Of a DNA stretch of 64,000 bases, positions 27,491-64,000 are shown in pieces. This DNA is from the human T2T-CHM13v2.0 reference genome, Homo sapiens. The position numbers and the translations under genes were made by a program. The notes under the pieces were generated by a model that searched no databases, was not told where the DNA came from, and saw only the letters and a program-made list of their open reading frames with translations. Position 1 is the stretch's first letter; the number at the start of each line of letters is the position of its first letter. The stretch is taken from assembly GCF_009914755.1 (NCBI RefSeq), contig NC_060941.1; one strand, written 5' to 3'.

Positions 27491-28687
27491 TGGCTTGCAG
27501 CTTGAATACACCCATCAGCAGCCCCCTCTGTTCTCCAGTGGTGCAGAGCAGATGTTCCTTCTTCTCTCCATCGCTTGCCAACTGGGTTAACAGCCAGGCA
27601 CTGCATCCAGCTGCCAGCGGGGAGCACAGAAGCTACCTTGCTCTCTCTGGTGCCAGCAGGCTGCAAACAGCTGATCTCCTTCCTCTGCCCGCTCCTGGGG
27701 TGAGGCCATGTGTTCATGCTTGGCCTTGTGCTAGAGCCAGACTGGATCAAGGGGACCCTGCAATCCTGCTCTGTACGGGAGAAGGAGCAGGCTCCTACCT
27801 CCGCGGAGTTCAGGCCACTCAGCAGAGGATGTGCTTCCCAGGCAGTGGGGAGCAAGGGCTAAGTGCCCTTCCCAGAGGTGCCTGGAGGGAACCAGCCAGC
27901 TTCATACAGGTGCCCAATGACAACCCTCTCTGGAGACGGAGTCACGTGGACCATATAATACCTGTTTCTCTGCTGGCCAAATTCCCATGGGAAAAGAGGC
28001 AGGGTCTGCTCCAGTCCGCTCCATGCTCCTTTTAACATCCCTCTATCTTTGGGGTTTCCCCACCCCCAATATTTTCAGGCTGGCATTTATGCTCCACCCA
28101 TTCTTCCTCCAAATATTTCCCTTGCTCCTGCTTTGTGGCAGATCGTGTGCTAGGCACTGGAGGCATAAGGACAGATAAGATATGGTCCTTGCCTTCCTGA
28201 GGACTTTCCCAGGGTTTCGACTGCCGTCTGACAGAGGTCAGCCTTCTCAGAAGAGCTGCACGCTTGGTACCAAGTGATCTGCTCCACCTGATGCCTCCCC
28301 AAGCAGTTGATCTTGACGGGATCCTCTCCCGGTTTCCTGTCCCAAGCTGGTGAGAAATTGGCTAGCCATCTCACTAAAGGGTCTAGAAAACTCAGTTGCA
28401 ATACAAATATCAGTGTTTTAGCAAAAGGACTTAGTAATGGCTGATGACTCAGCCCAACGAAATAACTGCCTATGTTAGGACTTTCAGGAGCTTTTGTAGC
28501 CAGGGATGGGGATGAGGAGGTCATGGCCCACACTAGTCCTCAATGATAATTTTCTGTAAGGTCCACTATGGGAACGCAGTGGCGTGATGGCAAGCTGATT
28601 TTATTGGGCCATAATGACTAGCATAAGATGAGACATTGTTGCCCAGATTATTAAAAAAAAATAGAATGTAACAGAAAATAATAAATA

Positions 28688-30075
<1,388 letters not shown>

Positions 30076-30749
30076 GCAGTTATCAAAACAAGTAACACAA
30101 AACCAAAAAATTAGGCTGCCGCAGCCTTCTCTATTCAAGGCTGGAAAGTCCTGGAGCTCCAGAGTCATGACCTTCAGAGTTGGTCCCATTGTTCTGGGCT
30201 TGGCTTACGATGGCACAGGGGCCAAGGGCCAGTGAGATGGGATGGGAGTGTCAGGGTTAGTTTTTCCAAGGACATTGTTGAACAAGCATTTTTGAATCAA
30301 CTGGTGGGTGAGATCACAGAGTCAGCAGGAGGCTGATGCAGGTGCCAGGGGAAGCATTCCACAAGGAATGACTAATTGAGGACCATGTCTTCCTCTCTAA
30401 AGTCCTTCCACAGCTGGGGCAGGGATGGGAAACTATGGTGACCTCAAGTGCTCCCATATCCTGCCCTTCCTAGGGCAGAATGGAGTAAGCCCATTTCTCA
30501 TTATGCAGATGGCCAGGCAAGGACAAGGAATTTCTACTTCAGACACTTTTATAGATAGGATTAGAAGTCCATATGCTCTGGAAAATTTGGAAACCTCCTT
30601 GCCTAAAGACAGGAAATGTTCCAACCGCTCAATTGACATAGCCACTAAGTTAGTTCTCCAAGCAACTTGAGATCCTGCTTACTGAGATATTCCACAAGAA
30701 TGTATTAAATGCCTACCACATGAGGGAAAAAACTCTTACCATTTAGAGT

Positions 30750-33393
<2,644 letters not shown>

Positions 33394-33697
33394 TAAAGAA
33401 GACCTTATTTAGTGACTCTTGTTAAGGCATGGTAAGGCAGACCTTATCAGGACTGTTGAGACAGGTACAGGGACCATTGCAATGGGGTCTTGTGGTGGAG
33501 GAAAGGGATTGGGTGTAACCCAGAATACAGCTTGGGCAAGTGGGGATTTATAGCCGGGGAGCAGGGTGGGGGTCAGTGGGTGGAAAATTCCTAGGAGGAA
33601 ACATCGGGGTGAGGGGGTTCTGGCTATAACCATTAGGTTTTTATTGTGGCAGCATCTGTAGGGAATGCTGGGCTGTGAGTCAGCACTGCTTCCCAGT

Positions 33698-35780
<2,083 letters not shown>

Positions 35781-35917
35781 ACCACTGAGCAGTACACTTA
35801 AAATGGGCAATTTAGCAAATCTTATGTGTGTTTTATCACAGTAAAAAATCTGGAAAAAAAAAAACAGGAAGCGGAGAAGTGGACGGTGGTTGGGGTTGGG
35901 CAATGAGTACATTTGTA

Positions 35918-37085
<1,168 letters not shown>

Positions 37086-37134
37086 ATCTCTCAGATTAAG
37101 AAAACATATATCATATATATATTAATAGTAAAGC

Positions 37135-42087
<4,953 letters not shown>

Positions 42088-42704
42088 TCAAGGTCAGAGA
42101 ACTTGTTCTGCTAAATATAAAGATTTATTTTAAAGCTTCGACATTAAGACTTTGGGATGTGCACAATAAAGACAAATGGAATAGAGGGCTCAGGCACGTG
42201 TGGATGTGTGACTTTCCAGAAGGGGGCACTGCAGAGCCACAAAAGAGACTTTCTGGAAATCATGTGATGACTGGAGGGACATACGATAAAAAATAAAATA
42301 AAACGTGTCCCCTTCCCTCACGTCATAAATAAAAGCAATTGCAGGTGAGCTGCAGATTTGAAGATTAACGGAAAAACAGTAACGCTTGCGGAAAATAACA
42401 GAGGATGGCGTAGCCCATAAGGTCATGACTTTGAAGTAAGGAAGTGTCTTTAGAAAAATCCACGAAACTACTAATAATAAGAGAAAAGGCTGATGAACTT
42501 TACTACAGTAAAATTAAGAACTTTTTTTTGATGGGTTAAGGAGGAGCTAAAAGTAGAAATTACAGAGTATTTAGAACTTCATGAAAATGCAAGTACTACC
42601 CCATCAAAACCTATGGAGTAACAAGAGAAGTGATTCTCAGGGGCACACGTGTCCCTGAGACTGCATGCATTTGAAAACAAAAAAGATTTAAAAATAAGCG
42701 AACC

Positions 42705-46894
<4,190 letters not shown>

Positions 46895-47056
46895 TAAAAC
46901 ATCTGAAAAATACAGGCCAAATTGCTGATATTGGTGGAATACTGAAGGGTGGACTATTGAGGGGGAAGTATGGAAAGCAAGGGGGAGTGGATGAAAGGCA
47001 GCATGAATTCTATCTGCAATGCTTTGAAATTTTAAAAGGAGAAAATGAATGCCGTG

Positions 47057-47492
47057 TGTCAAAAGACAAAATTATAACACATTTAGTTATAAATCTAATT
47101 GGCTTTTATTTGAGATTCATGAATCGGGGCAGCTTCCCTTCTACAACATGGAGTAAGAGCTTCCATTGGCCAACGGCAGACAGCGGCTTTTGTGAGATGG
47201 GAACAAGGAAACGGAACCACGGGAAAAACGTCAATTGGTCACCATCGTGTTACCTCCTTTGGTAAAGGTTAAAGCAGAGGGGACTTCCTTATCACACTGA
47301 CTTAAGTAGACTGGAATCTCCTGTTTTCAGGAAAAACTTGTCTGTTTGGGATCTATCTGCTTCCTTAAGGGTTCGGTTTGATGATATGTGGCGTTTAGCA
47401 TGAGTGACTCCATCTTGCTTTGCTGTGGTCTGTTGGAGCCTAGTGTAGGAGCTCAGTCCAAAATAATGGGTTCCCATAATTTTTGTTTAACA
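47057..47492 (-). mobile_element. ERV1-type solo LTR (family uncertain)
   Basis: TG...CA bounded 436-bp segment with reverse poly(A) signal (tttatt) and actccatcttg motif. Confidence 0.55.
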
Positions 47493-47779
47493 AACACTTG
47501 TGCAATTGCAATAATAACACAAGGGAAAATGGGCAGGGCAGGCATCCCAGGTAGTGTCAATGTATTGTTGAGGAGTGAGTGTGTGTTCACAGACAGAGGC
47601 GTGCAGGCAGGCAGGACTTTCGAGCAGGTACCTGGGTGCAGCCTCCAGTGGGTATAAAGGTGAGTCGGGGGGCTGGAGCCAGAGGCCAGCCATAGCCACA
47701 GCTTTCTTTCATTCATTAAGCCTTTACTGAGTACCAAGGAGAAAGGGAGTGACAGTTGAAAAGTTATTCTTACTCTTTC

Positions 47780-49085
<1,306 letters not shown>

Positions 49086-49872
49086 GTCCAGACATAAGCA
49101 GTCCAGGGCAACACTAGTCTTGCTGTTGGGGACCTAGGCCCCTCCCAGCCCTTCCACAAGTGGCTTTCATCTCATGGTCTCAGATGGTTGCTGCAGTTCC
49201 TGCCATCACATCCTTGCACCCAGCTGGCGACCAAGAGAAGCCAGGAAGGAAAGGTGGAGGGCAATGCCCCCTTTGTTTTGCAGGCACAACCAGAATTGCA
49301 CTTCTCACTTTGTTTCTTGTTTCATAAACCACAGCTTACTTGTAAGTAAGTACACGTGGAAGGTCTAAGTTCTGCCTCTGGGGAATGCTGTCTTCATCTG
49401 GGCTACCATGTAGTCAGCAAAAACGTGGGGCTTCCGTTCCTAAAGGACAGGCTCGGAAGGAATATTGGGGACAATTAGTTCCTGCCACACTCTTCAGCAT
49501 ATCAGCAACCAAGCCCGGGGACCAGGTGGTGTCCACTCACCTGATTCTCATTTCCGGCTCCCCCGGAGGCCATGAAGGAGGAGGCAGAGGAAGGCAGAGC
49601 AAGCAGGTGTGACTCTAGGTCCCCACTCCGGGCGCTCTGGGCATGGCGAGGGGGGGTGCAGAGGCAAGTGCATGCACTGCGTCACGACCTGCAACAGGAA
49701 GCTGATGGGACAGCATGGTCAGGCAGGGAGACCCGAGGCTCAGCTGTCCCAAACCAACCAGTACTGGTGTGGGCAGAGCCCAGGACAGCCAAGAGCCTGC
49801 AGGGAGGTGTCAGAGGGGCCCCTGTAACAGGGCAGGGTGGCTCTGCCGAGGCTGTAGTTCAGATTCACAGGT

Positions 49873-50035
49873 AGGGATGCCAGATTTAGCAAATGCATAG
49901 ACAGCATCCTAGTTCAGTTTGAATTTTAGATAAATATGCAATAACTTTTTAATATAAGCTTGTCCTATGTCCCAGGCATCATTTATTTGGAATTCAAATT
50001 TAACTGATTGCTCTGTATGTTATCTGAAAACACCA
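49873..50035. mobile_element. MER53-like palindromic hAT MITE
   Basis: tagggatgccagatttagcaaat...gtttgaattttagataaa...tttatttggaattcaaatttaactg...ttatctg; arms are inverted. Confidence 0.75.
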
Positions 50036-50739
50036 GAAGGTTAGGGTTTTAGAGGGCCCACTCAGGCCTCAAACGGATCCAGAGCCCCAGTATGAGCCAA
50101 TGTGAGCTCAAGGCAGACAGGGCCCCTCCAGGCTTGGCCTGACATCCAGAGAGACCACGAGCCACAGGGGCTAACAAGAGGCCACAAGGCCTAAGTCCTT
50201 TCTGTCCTCAGGGGCGTGCAAGGCTGCCTTCACTTTCTTGCTCTTCTAGACCAGGTGCCTACTCTTTGGAAAGGAGAGAAGAAAAGGGAGGTTTGGGCAT
50301 ATTTTCTCCCAGAGACTGAGCATTACCCAAAGGCTGTTCAAAGTATCCCTTAGAACTGTGTTCTAACCTGGGTAGGATGAAAGTTTATCTATTTTTATTG
50401 CTAAGCTGCAGGTGAGGGCTTGGGAACACCTGGTTACATGCACCCCAGATCAAGACTGTCCACGTCCGGTGCACCCCTGAACACAGCAGGAGGGAACTTG
50501 GGGATCCACTGCCCTCGCTCACTGTAAGCTTCCCAGGACTGAAGCCCCAAAGAGGAGCCCTCTGCCTTCTCTGTCCTCCCCATGGGTCAGCGTGTCCTGC
50601 TTCTGAGTGGCCCGTCCTTCCTGCCTAACTGGCTGGCCTGCACCATGGCCCATATTCAACAACCTTAGTCATAGTTCCCACCATTGGCGTTTATGGAAGC
50701 TTGGAGCCTCATAAAGTTCAAAGTCTGCAACAATAATAA

Positions 50740-51408
<669 letters not shown>

Positions 51409-51880
51409 TGAAAATTATCTTTTAATAGGGGTTAGCTGCATGAGTTAAAATCTCATTGCCACCATTTGCTGACTTTGTGCCCTCTGGGAGATTGCTTAAT
51501 CTCTCTGGGATAAACCTCGGTTTGCTTGACAAAGGAAGCTGGTGAGGCTAAAGAGAGAACTCTAAGATTGGGGCGTTCCGAAGCCTTCTAGAGCCTTCTA
51601 GCACCCTGGACTCATAGCCAATGATGGGCAACAACAAGAACGACGACGAACCCTGGGCTCGGAACTCGCCCAGGCCCCGCCCCTCACAGCCCCGCCCCGT
51701 CCTCGGCCCCGCCCCCGGCCTGTCGCCTCAACAAAGTCCCCGCCGCGCGGCCGCTGGCCGGGAGTCAGCTCGGAGTCCCGTCCCAGCGCGGCGTCAGCGC
51801 TGCGCACTTCCCATTGGCCGAGCGCGGCGCGGGGGCGGGCCCGGGCCTGCGATTGCCTCTCGGCGTGCGCGGACAGTGTC

Positions 51881-63290
<11,410 letters not shown>

Positions 63291-64000
63291 GCGGATGCTA
63301 AGGCCGGGTGGTCTCCTGGCCTCGGGCTGAGGCCTCTTCCCGGCTGTCTGCCCCTGGCCTGCGCTGGACCTGCTAAGTGCCCACAGTGGCAGCGAGGTCC
63401 CGGTCCCGGGGCTGGGGTGGGAGACCCCGGGCTGAGTGCTGTGGCTTTCTGGTGGGGGGCGATGGAAACAGGAAACCAAGCAGTGGGATCGCAGCGTTGG
63501 TCACTGCGAGGCGAGTGGCGGGCTTTCTGTTTCTGCCTTGTCCCTCCCCACGGTACCTGGTTCCCAGGTGAAAATGAAAGGAGGGGAGAAGTTGAGAACA
63601 GAACATTCCATAAAGGATATTTCCTAATAGGCTGCAAGATGCTGATGCCGAGAATGATGATTTTCTTTCCTGCAGATGAAACTATTAGAAAGGGTCTTAG
63701 ATTGTGGCAGGTAGGCTTTGGAGCAGGCGCCGAGACATTTCTGAGCATGAGGACGAGCTACAGCAGCTCCTGGGGTGGGGCTGCCTGCGGGATGGCGGGA
63801 GAGGATGCCCTGGAGAACCGTCCTCCCAGTGTGGAAGGCCCTTTTCCCTGAGGAGTGGGCATTCTGGGCCAGCCGGCGCTGGCTTCGTGCCTCCACGTGG
63901 GCCAGCCCCAGCTGCTCCGTGTTTCCTGGCGTTGGCAATTTACTGTGCTGCTGAGTGTGAGGTCATCTCCGGAGCGTTTTCAGCAGCCCCTGGCTCTGCG
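63291..64000 (+). other. ENGASE: ENGASE 3' UTR (continues past window end)
   Basis: Unique sequence after the stop; no AATAAA/ATTAAA seen before the window end. Confidence 0.75.

Overview
Human (primate) genomic DNA, GC-rich and very Alu-dense. I recognise it as the C1QTNF1-ENGASE locus (recalled as 17q25.3). Two complete spliced protein-coding genes lie on the + strand. C1QTNF1/CTRP1 has 3 coding exons (20902-25021, 281 aa: signal peptide, collagen repeat, C1q head) and several candidate alternative non-coding first exons between about 1 and 11.5 kb. ENGASE, the cytosolic GH85 endo-beta-N-acetylglucosaminidase, has 14 coding exons (51881-63290, 743 aa). Both exon chains were rebuilt by hand: all introns are GT-AG and the frames close exactly. 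A probable antisense lncRNA exon (C1QTNF1-AS1) overlaps the C1QTNF1 5' region. The 27-51 kb intergenic stretch is almost continuous nested repeats (Alu, L1, Tigger1, MaLR/ERV LTRs, MER elements). There are no prokaryotic systems, CRISPR arrays or tRNA/rRNA genes. The most unusual signal is a ~0.95 kb sense-strand array of about 47 TGCATG (RBFOX-type) motifs ending ~175 nt upstream of the C1QTNF1 signal-peptide exon. Other signals: uORF-bearing alternative first exons, an Alu inserted between the branch point and acceptor of ENGASE exon 4, Alu-flanked frame-preserving ENGASE exon blocks, an in-frame stop-free last intron, a possible ENGASE R124Q allele, and a 48-nt templated insertion copied from 1.5 kb away. 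Repeat boundaries and family names are by eye and approximate.
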